Both the position numbers and the translations under genes were made by a program. This document shows positions 39,617-49,989 of a stretch of DNA of 64,000 nt, piece after piece (position 1 is the first letter of the stretch; each line of letters opens with the position of its first letter). Location of the stretch: IMG/VR virus record IMGVR_UViG_3300005920_000007. One strand, written 5' to 3'. The notes under the pieces were generated by a model. The model was not told where the DNA came from and ran no database searches. It saw nothing but the letters and a program-made list of their open reading frames with translations. The stretch comes from an uncultured virus (IMG/VR IMGVR_UViG_3300005920_000007). Its lineage: Duplodnaviria > Heunggongvirae > Uroviricota > Caudoviricetes.

Positions 39617-39784
39617 ATGCGTACAAGCTTTGTAGCAACAAAAAAAAACGGCGAAACCTTACGTGGCATAGCGCATAACCTTGCTGACTTCCTAACTCAG
39701 ATAAACAAAGAGCACGGCGTGACTGCGGAGGATATCACCAATATCTCAACATCAAAAGCACCTGCGCCATTGTCGTTATCATAA
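39617..39784 (+). CDS. small hypothetical protein
   Basis: GGAG RBS, coupled. Confidence 0.6.
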   Translation: MRTSFVATKKNGETLRGIAHNLADFLTQINKEHGVTAEDITNISTSKAPAPLSLS

Positions 39785-39842
39785 AACGTTACCTGCATGC
39801 CTCTCTCACGAGAGCCATGCAGCGCTTTTAGAGGAGTAGCCC

Positions 39843-40277
39843 ATGACAACAGACATTGCACCAGACATCAGTAAGGCATACCTTTTATCCCAGGGCTACA
39901 AAAACGGCGCTTTTGCTTATGCAATAGAGGTGCTTCAGTGTCGCATTCAGTGCAGTCCACCCGCACCTCTTTGGCTTTCATCGGTAGGTCGCGCAACATG
40001 GAACAGTGACGAATTTTGCTTTCGCGGCGAACTTTGCCCGAGGCAGGCTATATTTACGCCTTCACTGGCGGAACACCCGTTTATTATCCCTCCCCATCCT
40101 TGCAACGGACGCTATCGCACAAGACTCTTTGTTAATGATCTGCATCTTCCTGAGTCCAAATTGTATATTCAACAGGGTATTGAGCGCGCGCTTACTGAAA
40201 AGGCGCGGATGCATCGTCGCGTAGCACCAACACGGTATCCACCGCGAAAAGACAACCTTGTTATCGAACTTTACTGA
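39843..40277 (+). CDS. hypothetical protein
   Basis: GAGGAG RBS. Confidence 0.7.
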   Translation: MTTDIAPDISKAYLLSQGYKNGAFAYAIEVLQCRIQCSPPAPLWLSSVGRATWNSDEFCFRGELCPRQAIFTPSLAEHPFIIPPHPCNGRYRTRLFVNDLHLPESKLYIQQGIERALTEKARMHRRVAPTRYPPRKDNLVIELY

Positions 40278-40517
40278 CTTGGCACACAGCTCACTAGACA
40301 CTCTCTCTTGTTAACACCATAACTTTTAGTGCAGCGGGGCTCACATGACTCGTTCGCACAGCAAGTGGTGCAACAATCATCTCGTTTTCCTAAACCCATC
40401 AAGAAAACCCAGATATTCGCGCGAAGAATGTTTATGGGTGGCTCACAACTGGGCGCTCTGACCTGACAGGCAACAACAGACCACCAGCGGCAGTCTGCTG
40501 TTAGGTCTTAGAACCCC

Positions 40518-42689
40518 CTATTCATTCTCTTGTGGCAAGGCCGCTTGCTCACGTGCCGCCTCACACGCGTCTTTAATGGCGTTAAACACCTCGTACGCCA
40601 CGCTATTAAGCTCTGGCGGTGTGTCACTATTGGAAAACCCTTTAGCTTGCGCCAATCGTCCCGAACTGCGTTCAAATTGATAGGTGAACGTTTCATCAGA
40701 CCTATTACCTGTAGACAGGGCGAAAATCACCGCTGAGCCATCCGTACAACGGTCAGCATAGTAGCGTGTGCCTACACAGTGATGTTGAGCACGGCCTAGT
40801 GCTCGGAGGGCTTTTGTGTCCTCCGGCAGCGTCAATGTGACGTGTGACGGGAGGTTTTTAGCGATGGTGTCAAGCTGCGCAATAGCATCGGCCTGATAGA
40901 AACGCGCATTGACGGTACTGATTGAGAAGTCACGTTGCTGCTTGTTGCTTAAGTAGCTATGAAATGCTTCACCGTAGTCTTTCTTAGACGCAAGCCATTT
41001 ACGCACCAACGCACACTGTTTGGCGCTTTCATCAGGGCAATCTCGTGCAATGAGCGTTGCTAACATACGAAACACATCTCGCGCTTCGGTAATGGCGTTA
41101 TCCATCACAACGGCTACCATTTCATCGTGTGACAAAAAAGCCAAACAGGTGCGTAGTGACGGCGCATCAATGGCAAGCCCTGCGCGCTTCTGCGCCTGTT
41201 TACCTGTGCCTAATGCACTATTAATCTGCGCAAGAAACTGAATGTATCCGTGACGGTCGAGTTTGCCACGTGAATTGGTAAACACGCTCTGCAATGCGCT
41301 TAGTGCGGTCAAGGACTCCGCCTCTTGACTGTCGAACAAGAACTGCACCTCTTGAGGGTGTTTTGAACCAATGAGCATTTTGGTCATCGCCTTGGGCGAA
41401 TTAACACTCTTGAAGTCAAACAGATCATACCCGTAATCATTATGCAAGATGAGGTAGTTCTTTAATGACGTAAGCAACGCGAACGCGGGGCTTTCATTGA
41501 AGAGTGTTTTATCATAATCCTTATTAGAACTCATAATGCTCTCACGTACGCGGTAGAGACACTTAAACGTGCTGTCTGAGACATTGGGGTGCATCGCGAC
41601 ACGCATTTGGATAGTGTGATCGGGGTCGTACGCCAGCATATCCAAGATGCCCGACGGGACATTACCACTGCTTAGCAGCTTGCGTACTAATAAGGAGTCA
41701 ACAGGCTCGCGCTCGATGAATTGTGAAACGACCTCCGGTGACAATGTATCTACGCGGTCAAGAATGGCGTAGCACAACGCGTCACAGCTGCCCTGGTATT
41801 CCAACAGCATCGCTTCCGCTTGCGCATCTGAGAAATTAAGCCGGTGAAAACCTTCATCAATACCGTATTGAGAGGCGTCGCACTTAACCAGCTCAATAAA
41901 ATCGGATTGCTTCATGTCAGCGTTTTTAAATGCGGCGTCGTACACATCCGATACATACCTTGCTCGACAGTCTGTATTGGCATTGTTTTGCACATACGCT
42001 AAAACTTCGCGAAATTGCTCCATCGTATGTTCGTGATTATCTAGCAACGCAATGCGTATCCGGCATGTGCTATTAGGCTCTATTTCCAGCGCTAACAGGC
42101 GATTAAACAACGAACGTGAACATGCGGCGTTTTCAGCCACTTTGATGTATATGTTGGTATGGAGCGTCTTATCTTCAACGCGTGGAACAGCAGCAACGAT
42201 ATCGCTCAATACAGCATCACATGACGCAGCTTGCCCCATTTCAGCAAGCAGCGATGCATTATTCATTGCAATAATAGCATCAGCACGTTCCCACGGGAAT
42301 GCGCGATGATTGACTATGTTCTGCGCCATGAAACTTACATTTCCGTCAGAATACTCACCATCAATAACGCGATTGAGAAGACGGTTATACAGTGCCTCTG
42401 GCACTCGCTCGCTGTACAGTGAAAGCACATCCAGCGCAGGATTAAGCGCCAGCAATTCGCTGACCTCATTGTCGCTAAATGCGGGGTGATTGAGCATCTG
42501 TGCCATACTCTCAATACTTTTAGCATTGGCGTAGTACCCCGCCACAAATCTCGGTGTCTCGCTTTCTAATACATCCCGCATGATACACTTGGGGAAATTA
42601 GGTGCACTCAGTGCGACCTGCATCTTTCGCGAGCAGCAGCTATTAAACATTTTTTTTAGTTGCGATGGACTGTAATAACGGTGAGTCAT
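40518..42689 (-). CDS. Large helical-repeat protein with C-terminal PcfJ-like domain
   Basis: LRV-like repeats (VAMHPNVS, VAENAAC); LRALGRAQHHCVG.Y and QAKGFSN. Confidence 0.75.
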   Translation of the reverse strand: MTHRYYSPSQLKKMFNSCCSRKMQVALSAPNFPKCIMRDVLESETPRFVAGYYANAKSIESMAQMLNHPAFSDNEVSELLALNPALDVLSLYSERVPEALYNRLLNRVIDGEYSDGNVSFMAQNIVNHRAFPWERADAIIAMNNASLLAEMGQAASCDAVLSDIVAAVPRVEDKTLHTNIYIKVAENAACSRSLFNRLLALEIEPNSTCRIRIALLDNHEHTMEQFREVLAYVQNNANTDCRARYVSDVYDAAFKNADMKQSDFIELVKCDASQYGIDEGFHRLNFSDAQAEAMLLEYQGSCDALCYAILDRVDTLSPEVVSQFIEREPVDSLLVRKLLSSGNVPSGILDMLAYDPDHTIQMRVAMHPNVSDSTFKCLYRVRESIMSSNKDYDKTLFNESPAFALLTSLKNYLILHNDYGYDLFDFKSVNSPKAMTKMLIGSKHPQEVQFLFDSQEAESLTALSALQSVFTNSRGKLDRHGYIQFLAQINSALGTGKQAQKRAGLAIDAPSLRTCLAFLSHDEMVAVVMDNAITEARDVFRMLATLIARDCPDESAKQCALVRKWLASKKDYGEAFHSYLSNKQQRDFSISTVNARFYQADAIAQLDTIAKNLPSHVTLTLPEDTKALRALGRAQHHCVGTRYYADRCTDGSAVIFALSTGNRSDETFTYQFERSSGRLAQAKGFSNSDTPPELNSVAYEVFNAIKDACEAAREQAALPQENE

Positions 42690-42861
42690 TATGTAAACCC
42701 TGTGTGTTGACGATTTATGCCAATTATATCTAAATAAAGCCGCTAAATCAACATAAAAGTGCGAGCGTTGCCCTCGCTATGATGCCGCAAAACCAAAACA
42801 ATTGACTTCACTCACAGGCTGTGAGACACTTCTTTTTGTCAACACAACACAGGAATACATT

Positions 42862-43380
42862 ATGACAATTGTACTGCAAACAGCACTCGCACCGACGCAA
42901 ATGGTTCAGCACGTTGAAAACTTATTTGCTGCAATTGAACGCCACTATATGGTTGAGCACAGCGAACGCAGCGCCAGCTACGGGCTGTCTATTCAGTTCG
43001 GACGTAACCCCATCAAAGAAAACAGCTTAAAGTTTGTACCTAAAGATGACAGTGGCTATATGGAACTGTACATTTACAACATCAGTGATACGCTAGCTAA
43101 GAAGCTAACCGGAAAAAGTGCGGTTGAACTTGGTGAAGAGGCAAAACGCCGTCGAGAAGAGGGGAACGCACGGATCAGCGAGGCATACGCCGAGCCCGTT
43201 GCCTCATTTTTTGGTACTAGTGGCGTCAATCTTGATGTTAATACCTACATGGGCTCAACCGTTAATGTGCACTACACCTTCCACACGATAGATGAAAACA
43301 CCCTATCTGTGATCAGCACATTACTACAGCACTGCGGCATGACGCCAAAAGCACCGAGCATTATGGCCTACGCCCTGTAA
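42862..43380 (+). CDS. hypothetical protein
   Basis: Follows repeat copy 42802. Confidence 0.8.
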   Translation: MTIVLQTALAPTQMVQHVENLFAAIERHYMVEHSERSASYGLSIQFGRNPIKENSLKFVPKDDSGYMELYIYNISDTLAKKLTGKSAVELGEEAKRRREEGNARISEAYAEPVASFFGTSGVNLDVNTYMGSTVNVHYTFHTIDENTLSVISTLLQHCGMTPKAPSIMAYAL

Positions 43381-43480
43381 TGGCTAAGAGCGCGGACGTT
43401 TGGGTTCGCGCTAAAAACCAACTTGACAACACTCTCAGATTTTGAGATACTTGTTTTGTCAACACAACGCAGGAATTTTT

Positions 43481-43723
43481 ATGTCGCCGACCGCTCTTTT
43501 GCTTATCACGCTGGCTGCTATTTTCGTCTTTTACTTATGGCCGATAATTGTTTACCCGTTCCAGCTACGCCCCTATACAATCAAAAACAGTTGTGACCGC
43601 GACTGTGGCATTATCTGGCTCACGCAAAAAGAGTGCACAGCCATCACCACCGACATTGATAACGCCACGCTTCACCGCGCGCCATTTAGACCTGCGCTTC
43701 TGGACTTGCTGAAGAGAAATTAG
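43481..43723 (+). CDS. small membrane protein
   Basis: Follows repeat copy 43423; N-terminal TM. Confidence 0.7.
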   Translation: MSPTALLLITLAAIFVFYLWPIIVYPFQLRPYTIKNSCDRDCGIIWLTQKECTAITTDIDNATLHRAPFRPALLDLLKRN

Positions 43724-43743
43724 CCTGCTTACTGGGATTAACT

Positions 43744-44256
43744 ATGCAAAAAATAACACTCACCTTGTCTGCGTTTGATATTCAAAACATCGGCGCTGAC
43801 GTAAGAAAATTACACGTCTTAACCCAAGATGACACCGATCAAAAGGAACTGTATAAACGCGTCGAGTCACTGACTGCGTTCAGACAGTTTGTGCGCGATA
43901 AGTTGGTGCGGTTAGATAAAATTGACGCCCTCGATAGTGGGAAACTGCCCAAGAATCTCGCGGCTTGCTTTTACAAGGCTGAAAGTGAACGTAACGGGCT
44001 TAAGCACCAAGCCAATCAGCTTAAAAAACGCGTCGCTCAAGAGGGCGCTTATTACTTCAATCTTTACGTCGAAGAGGTGCTCTTCAAAGTCTATGACGCC
44101 TGCGTCGGTGATGACTTTTACACCCACCCTCACGGGTATGAGGCTTACCAGATTGCCTGCAAAGAGATTGCTGAACGCTATCCTGAGTATTACAGCACCG
44201 TTATCGCTGTCATTAGTGTTGCATTGGGTGCATCGCAATCACACAAAAAAGATTGA
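43744..44256 (+). CDS. hypothetical protein
   Basis: GGGA RBS. Confidence 0.75.
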   Translation: MQKITLTLSAFDIQNIGADVRKLHVLTQDDTDQKELYKRVESLTAFRQFVRDKLVRLDKIDALDSGKLPKNLAACFYKAESERNGLKHQANQLKKRVAQEGAYYFNLYVEEVLFKVYDACVGDDFYTHPHGYEAYQIACKEIAERYPEYYSTVIAVISVALGASQSHKKD

Positions 44257-44312
44257 CAATACACACAGTTTTTGAGATGCTGGTCATGTCAACACAGCAA
44301 TGAGGAAAACAC

Positions 44313-44582
44313 ATGGCCTTCATCAAAACCGTAAACCTTTGGGATCCCGCTATCGCCCGCCAAATCGAGGATGGCACGCTTGTCCTTCAAACAGGCCAAT
44401 GGGTAACGTGCGGGAGTGATGGCATGAAAAGCCGCTTTGTCGGGTTTGACGCGAAGCGAAAAACCTACGATGTTGTGCACGGCGCCACCATTGAGGAAGT
44501 TAACCGACGCTTTGCTGAACGCATCAAGTTTCGTCGATTAGCACACAAACGCCACCACGACATGCGTGCGCTTGCAGCATAA
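44313..44582 (+). CDS. small hypothetical protein
   Basis: Follows repeat copy 44253. Confidence 0.75.
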   Translation: MAFIKTVNLWDPAIARQIEDGTLVLQTGQWVTCGSDGMKSRFVGFDAKRKTYDVVHGATIEEVNRRFAERIKFRRLAHKRHHDMRALAA

Positions 44583-44637
44583 CGCGCTAGCGGGCCTGTA
44601 GGCTCGCTTCCACCACCACGTTTTACCAAGGATCATC

Positions 44638-45552
44638 ATGAACAATACAAACACAGGTCACATTGAACTAACGACTGAATGCGGCACCCCGCTTCGCGCT
44701 ATCGTCATCGACAGCGGCACGCCTGACGTTCCATCGACCATCCAATTTTTCGATGCTGACGCCTCATCAGTGAAGCCGGTTTCAGAAATCTCCCAGACCC
44801 TGTTTACCATCTCTTTTGAAAAAGGGTTGTACAAGGAACGCTTTGTGTTGCCTGACGCACCTCAATCCACCAGCCTTAACTTTGATCAAGCAGGTAAACT
44901 TTACGCTTGGCTTGATAAAGGTCGGGACACGCTGTCCCCTTTCATTGAGCAGCCTTTATTGGGCGAAAAACAGCGTCGTAAATTGCTTTCCATGCTTATT
45001 TCGCTTGCTGCAAAAATCAACACCATGCCGGATAAAAGCTATAACGTGGACGTGGTCAAAGTGCGCTATATACCGCTACTCATTTTGCAGATCACGCAAG
45101 GGCAAAAGCCTTCTTTGGCCGCTATCATTGCCATTGAAAATTTAATCAACCCAGAAGGTGACGCAGAAATGTGGTCGACCGACATGCTGGCCTTTCTAAA
45201 GGAAGCAGGGTTGCAGGATGTTCTCAAAATCGTTGTGTCTACCATGAAGCAGGCGAGTGAAAGGGAGAGCGTCGCTTGGATCACTAAAGCAATACAGGGG
45301 GGCTCGCCACTCACACGCTATGTATGGTCAGACTTCAACCCTTTCATCTTCGCCGAGCAGTATTATCGAATCTGCCCTGCAAGCATGCAAAAACGCTTGC
45401 TGTGCGCTGATCCTCATATTTTTGAGGTAATGTTACACAACGGCGAAATTGACGTGCAAACGCTCTCTTACGACGACTTGATGTTGTTTTTGTCATTGGT
45501 AGATGATCCTGCCGAAATCGCAGCAAAACTTAACGATGTCACCACTGGGTGA
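44638..45552 (+). CDS. hypothetical protein
   Basis: AAGGA RBS. Confidence 0.8.
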   Translation: MNNTNTGHIELTTECGTPLRAIVIDSGTPDVPSTIQFFDADASSVKPVSEISQTLFTISFEKGLYKERFVLPDAPQSTSLNFDQAGKLYAWLDKGRDTLSPFIEQPLLGEKQRRKLLSMLISLAAKINTMPDKSYNVDVVKVRYIPLLILQITQGQKPSLAAIIAIENLINPEGDAEMWSTDMLAFLKEAGLQDVLKIVVSTMKQASERESVAWITKAIQGGSPLTRYVWSDFNPFIFAEQYYRICPASMQKRLLCADPHIFEVMLHNGEIDVQTLSYDDLMLFLSLVDDPAEIAAKLNDVTTG

Positions 45553-45618
45553 CATCGGCCTTGACAACCCTCACTTATTTTGAGACACTTATCCTGTCAA
45601 CACAACGCTGAGGAAGCC

Positions 45619-45981
45619 ATGTCAGAATTAATGCACCGTCAAATAACACGCGCCGCCACATCACTCGGCTGGTCAGCATCAGAAGCAAACCTTGATGTTT
45701 TTGCCACTAAGCGCACCGGCGGCATACCAGGCGCACAAGAGGCTCGCCTATTGTTAGGTTATGAAGGGCGTCGCGTCCGCTTAACCGGCGAGTGTATTAT
45801 CGATGGTGTCAATGTGCTATCACACCTCACAGGCTATGTGCCTACCAACGCGAGCGTTACGGACATTAACTTGGCCGTCAGTGGCTTTATAGGGGTGGTG
45901 CACGCGACGCTTGATGATGTCAAAATGTCTCGTATACATCACGCGAAACTTATATCGCGCCACGGCCTTGCTTTTCACTAA
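45619..45981 (+). CDS. hypothetical protein
   Basis: Follows repeat copy 45561. Confidence 0.75.
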   Translation: MSELMHRQITRAATSLGWSASEANLDVFATKRTGGIPGAQEARLLLGYEGRRVRLTGECIIDGVNVLSHLTGYVPTNASVTDINLAVSGFIGVVHATLDDVKMSRIHHAKLISRHGLAFH

Positions 45982-46001
45982 TCACGCATTGGATATTACC
46001 T

Positions 46002-46175
46002 ATGTCACAAAAACAAACCGAATTCGCCCTTTGTGTTCGTCAAAAACAGTTTGTCATCACACGTAATGGTCACACCATGTTCTTAGAGGATGTGCTAAAG
46101 GAAATTCATGCGCTACAGCGTGAAAACGCAGAACTTCGCCACCAGCTTTCATTACGCACAAAAGAAAGCGGCTAA
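46002..46175 (+). CDS. small hypothetical protein (57 aa)
   Basis: GGA RBS; below the track cutoff. Confidence 0.55.
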   Translation: MSQKQTEFALCVRQKQFVITRNGHTMFLEDVLKEIHALQRENAELRHQLSLRTKESG

Positions 46176-46450
46176 CTACTTTTTGCGTTAATATCACAAC
46201 GTGAGTTCAGGTATTGATATGGAGAAAACAATGGCTACATCTGGCTTTGAAAGCGCGATAGATGAACATATCGAGCGCCACATAAATCCTGATGAATCAT
46301 CGCCTGAAAAGGCAGGGGAAGACGGTGAGAACGTGGTTGATAGCATCGACAGTGAAACAGCGTAGCTGCGCGTAATATTGAGCCGCACCCATTGACAACC
46401 CACACTGATTGTGAGACACTACATGCAGTCAACACAACAGAGTCAATGCA

Positions 46451-46921
46451 ATGAACAAACAACGCATCACCCCTTTTGCAATCACAGCGCCTGTTTTTCA
46501 AAAAGGTAACACTTTTACGCAAATTAAAACAAGCGCCCGTCTTCTACCTTCTTGCATTACCTCTGAAGAACATGCCAACATCAATGTAAAACCCAGCTTC
46601 AGCCGATGCGCTTATCGTATCACCCAACCCGCATTAAGCGATGCACCTTCTCGATTGCGCGCGGTGCCGACGAGTCGTTTAAAATCGCAATCTGTCTGTT
46701 TTGACCATGATGACTTTGGTTGTATAACGATAACCCGTCACAACATCGATTTCTACTGTATTTCTGTAATCGTACCCGACGACATAGAAAGCAAGGCGGT
46801 GACGGATATGGAACAGGCGCTTGTGAGCATTTATTATGATACGCTAAACAAACTTGTTGGCGAGTGTCGTGACATGTTGTCGCTTATGACTGCGCACATC
46901 GAAGCAGCAACAAGCCGTTAA
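46451..46921 (+). CDS. hypothetical protein
   Basis: Follows repeat copy 46392. Confidence 0.7.
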   Translation: MNKQRITPFAITAPVFQKGNTFTQIKTSARLLPSCITSEEHANINVKPSFSRCAYRITQPALSDAPSRLRAVPTSRLKSQSVCFDHDDFGCITITRHNIDFYCISVIVPDDIESKAVTDMEQALVSIYYDTLNKLVGECRDMLSLMTAHIEAATSR

Positions 46922-46947
46922 GCTTAATTAAAACAAGGAGTACGCTT

Positions 46948-47559
46948 ATGTACATCACTGCTATGGCTTCAGCGCTAAACTATGCTGATGCGCTACTTGC
47001 TACCATCGAATCTCACCTTGCTCAGAAAGGCGACAAGTCTGACAATGACAATGATATTGACATCGAGACGCCACCCACATCATTCCTAATGAGCGTTGAC
47101 ATCAAATTGGCGGCATTAACGCTAGAGGCAAAATCCGCTCATCTTGCATGGCAAGCCCAGTCTATCCTTTTGCAAAGTGCCCGAGATAATCATGCCTCCC
47201 CGCACCTCATTGCTACTGAGAAAGAGAAACTCGATGTTGCATTGGCTAATGCGCACAACGCGTTGAAATCCCTTCGTGAACACCTCAACACGTGCCACAT
47301 TAAACCCAAGAAAACATTACCTCACCATATGGAGTTTCGGGCTGGCGGCGAACGCTTTGTTGCCTCACTAACGACAGAGCACTCAGTTGATTTCAGTCTC
47401 TCTTACGAAGGCAAAAGGCAAATGCGCTGTTCCCTGCCAAGCCTCCGCTTTGCACTAGATAAATGCGAACTAAGGGGCAGTGGTGGAAACGTATTCAGCC
47501 TACCTGAAAAAACGCAAAGTCTGATCATGGATTGGGTTGCGGCCATCATGGACAGTTGA
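46948..47559 (+). CDS. hypothetical protein (probable paralog of 47633-48301)
   Basis: AAGGAG RBS. Confidence 0.75.
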   Translation: MYITAMASALNYADALLATIESHLAQKGDKSDNDNDIDIETPPTSFLMSVDIKLAALTLEAKSAHLAWQAQSILLQSARDNHASPHLIATEKEKLDVALANAHNALKSLREHLNTCHIKPKKTLPHHMEFRAGGERFVASLTTEHSVDFSLSYEGKRQMRCSLPSLRFALDKCELRGSGGNVFSLPEKTQSLIMDWVAAIMDS

Positions 47560-47632
47560 CACGTTCCCTGTTGACTTTTCACACTACTCTTGAGATAATT
47601 TAACCGTCAACACAACTCGGAGTTAATCCATT

Positions 47633-48301
47633 ATGAGCAAGCCTTTATTTAACACTGCCGTTGATGCTGCAACAGCAGCGCGGCTTTTTGCCAAATCAAC
47701 AATGGATGCGGCAGCAGGGGAGACAAGCACGGCTATTGGAGACATTGTAAGCCTACCTACAGAAAGCATTTCTCTGGTAAGCCAACGGCTTGCTGTTCAG
47801 GTTGCTTTGGTCAACAGCGCGATTGTCGAGTGGTCAAGATGCGCACTTTCACATTACGCCTTTAAAACCGCTGCTGAGTTCACCTCAGATAACGCTGAGA
47901 TGAAAGCAGCACTTGAACGAGAGATGTGCACCCACCAAGGCGCTGTAAACCGTGCCAAAGAGACCGCTGCGATGCATGCCGCATCATTACTGTCTGTGGC
48001 AAATGACATACTTGGCTTGCGTGTATCGACTAAGAATATGGATATTGTTCATCGGCGTGAAGCGTTCGCTGTCACGCTGACGGTTCATCCACCCGAATCT
48101 GGCGAGGATGATTCACTTGTACTAGTCAACAAGGAGAATCAAGAAGCCTACACAGTCTCGGTATCAAGCTTTTTGAAACAAGCTGATGATGTTGGTAGCG
48201 TCGCGTTCACAGGCAGAGAAAAAACATACCACTTGATCTCGCCATCCGTTGAACTCCTTTACCTATGGGTTGACGCCAACAGACCTCCATTTATGCCTTA
48301 A
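47633..48301 (+). CDS. hypothetical protein
   Basis: Follows repeat copy 47571. Confidence 0.8.
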   Translation: MSKPLFNTAVDAATAARLFAKSTMDAAAGETSTAIGDIVSLPTESISLVSQRLAVQVALVNSAIVEWSRCALSHYAFKTAAEFTSDNAEMKAALEREMCTHQGAVNRAKETAAMHAASLLSVANDILGLRVSTKNMDIVHRREAFAVTLTVHPPESGEDDSLVLVNKENQEAYTVSVSSFLKQADDVGSVAFTGREKTYHLISPSVELLYLWVDANRPPFMP

Positions 48302-48368
48302 CGAACACATTAGACGCAAAAAAAGAGGCTGTGTTAGCCTCTTTTTTTGTGGGCTTGCTAAAAAGCGT

Positions 48369-49139
48369 TCACTTCTTTTTTCGCCGTGCGGCTAGCAACC
48401 CTAGCAAGCCAAACGCACCAACTGCCAATGGTGAAGACGCATCAATTAGATTACCTTGCGCGTTAAGCGCAATGCCGTTCATTGAATTATCGCCGAAAAA
48501 CTGGTTGTTGTAAGACCACCCAAAGGACGATTGCCCGCCCAACACCGTTGCTGAAGCGGTTCCATACTGCAACTGTGAACCTTCATTCCAGTAATACTGG
48601 CTACTACTGTCAGAGAGGCCGTACAACCCTTCGGAAGTAAGCAGAAAGGTGTTATTCGAGTCCCAACCGTTCGGCGTCCTGCCATAATTATCTACATAAA
48701 CACCGTTCCACAAATCCAGGACTGATGATGAACGCACCAGGGTACCATTGCCTGACATACCGAAATATTCACCGTCATGTGCAAAGAACTGGTTTACACG
48801 AGTCCACCCTTGTGGTGATTTGCCATAATCGACAAAGTTAACCCCGTTCCACAAGTCTTCTACTGAGTCATATTGAACGAGGTGATTGCGACCATCCACA
48901 CCAAACATATAGCCATCTGCCATGAAATACCGATGCCCCCAATTCCATCCTACGGGGGACTTCCCATGGTTAATATGGTAAGAGGCATTCATTAGGTTTT
49001 CCCAACTGTCTGATTCAATTAGATCACCTGATCCTGTTATCCCAAACACTACGTCTGCCTGTACCGTCGGCATTGTGCCTAATGCAAGGGCGGTGAACAT
49101 CCCTGCGGCAACTTTTTTCACATTATTCATTATCGTCAT
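48369..49139 (-). CDS. PEP-CTERM-like secreted repeat protein
   Basis: Signal peptide; GKSPxGW repeats; C-terminal ASSP, TM and RRKKK. Confidence 0.8.
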   Translation of the reverse strand: MTIMNNVKKVAAGMFTALALGTMPTVQADVVFGITGSGDLIESDSWENLMNASYHINHGKSPVGWNWGHRYFMADGYMFGVDGRNHLVQYDSVEDLWNGVNFVDYGKSPQGWTRVNQFFAHDGEYFGMSGNGTLVRSSSVLDLWNGVYVDNYGRTPNGWDSNNTFLLTSEGLYGLSDSSSQYYWNEGSQLQYGTASATVLGGQSSFGWSYNNQFFGDNSMNGIALNAQGNLIDASSPLAVGAFGLLGLLAARRKKK

Positions 49140-49163
49140 CCTATCGTTGATGGGTAAAACAAA

Positions 49164-49179
49164 TGCAAGGTTTGTTCCT
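49164..49179 (-). promoter_or_regulatory. sigma54 -24/-12 promoter
   Basis: AGGAACAAACCTTGCA (GG-N10-GC). Confidence 0.6.
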
Positions 49180-49289
49180 CTTTTATCTCTTTTCCTGCAA
49201 CGGAAAAATCAGTAAAACCCAAGCATAGCTTGACAACACTCTCAGAATTTGGGATACTTGTTTTGTCAGCACAACAATGAGGCTTCACT

Positions 49290-49547
49290 ATGATCATTCA
49301 TACCGAAAACACAGCAAAAAAAGCGCCTGAAACGTTTTCGTACTACTTCAGTCACAACACCGGAAAAATGGTGCACTTTGCTTCTCGCGTTAATGCGGTG
49401 AACTCGCCTTCCACGCTGATTGAGATTGTTGTCGACGCTCACCTTTATGCGCAAGACATTGATGTCATCCTTGATATCAATCTTCCTAAAGCCCAACAGG
49501 CCGCGACGGCTGCTATTGAAAAACAACAAAGCGAGGCAACCGCATGA
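49290..49547 (+). CDS. small hypothetical protein
   Basis: Follows repeat copy 49230. Confidence 0.7.
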   Translation: MIIHTENTAKKAPETFSYYFSHNTGKMVHFASRVNAVNSPSTLIEIVVDAHLYAQDIDVILDINLPKAQQAATAAIEKQQSEATA

Positions 49548-49903
49548 CTTACAGTATAAAATGGGACACGCTGAAAAAACGCGCCATAAAACACTTTATG
49601 GGTGAAACCGATATCAACAATGGCCTGATTGGAGGGGCGAGCCGAGACCTTGCTATTGCGGCCATCATGAAACACAACATCACACCTTCGTCATCGCCAC
49701 TATGCGATGAAAGCAACAACAACTGGCGCGCCCTTTTTGAGGCTGAGCGTCAAGAGGGTCAGCGAACCATTTCGCATTGGGATGTTAGATTGGCGCAGAC
49801 GCTTATCGCAAAATTTCCGACCATTATCAGCGCTAAATATGCCAATGTGAAACCTGATGCTGATGTGAATGACAAAGGTGAATGGGTGCTCTTTTTCTCT
49901 TAG
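49544..49903 (+). CDS. hypothetical protein
   Basis: ATGA overlap. Confidence 0.7.
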   Translation: MTYSIKWDTLKKRAIKHFMGETDINNGLIGGASRDLAIAAIMKHNITPSSSPLCDESNNNWRALFEAERQEGQRTISHWDVRLAQTLIAKFPTIISAKYANVKPDADVNDKGEWVLFFS

Positions 49904-49989
49904 TGTAATGCAGCAATAGACGTAAACCTGTTGACAATCCACACAGATTTTGAGATACTAACCTTGTCAACACAACAGGAGATAACAAC

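Noticed and set aside
40274..40320. Degenerate repeat copy CTGACT-N17-GACACT...TGTTAACAC
   Set aside because: Both boxes are mutated and only a 38-codon ORF follows; possibly a decayed copy, not counted.
4979..42861. Apparent conserved N-terminal peptide MTTxxxFEILILSTQQ / MRYLxCQHN on many ORFs
   Set aside because: It is the translation of the promoter repeat starting at the TTG of TTGACA. It appears in different frames, and the real RBS and ATG lie downstream.
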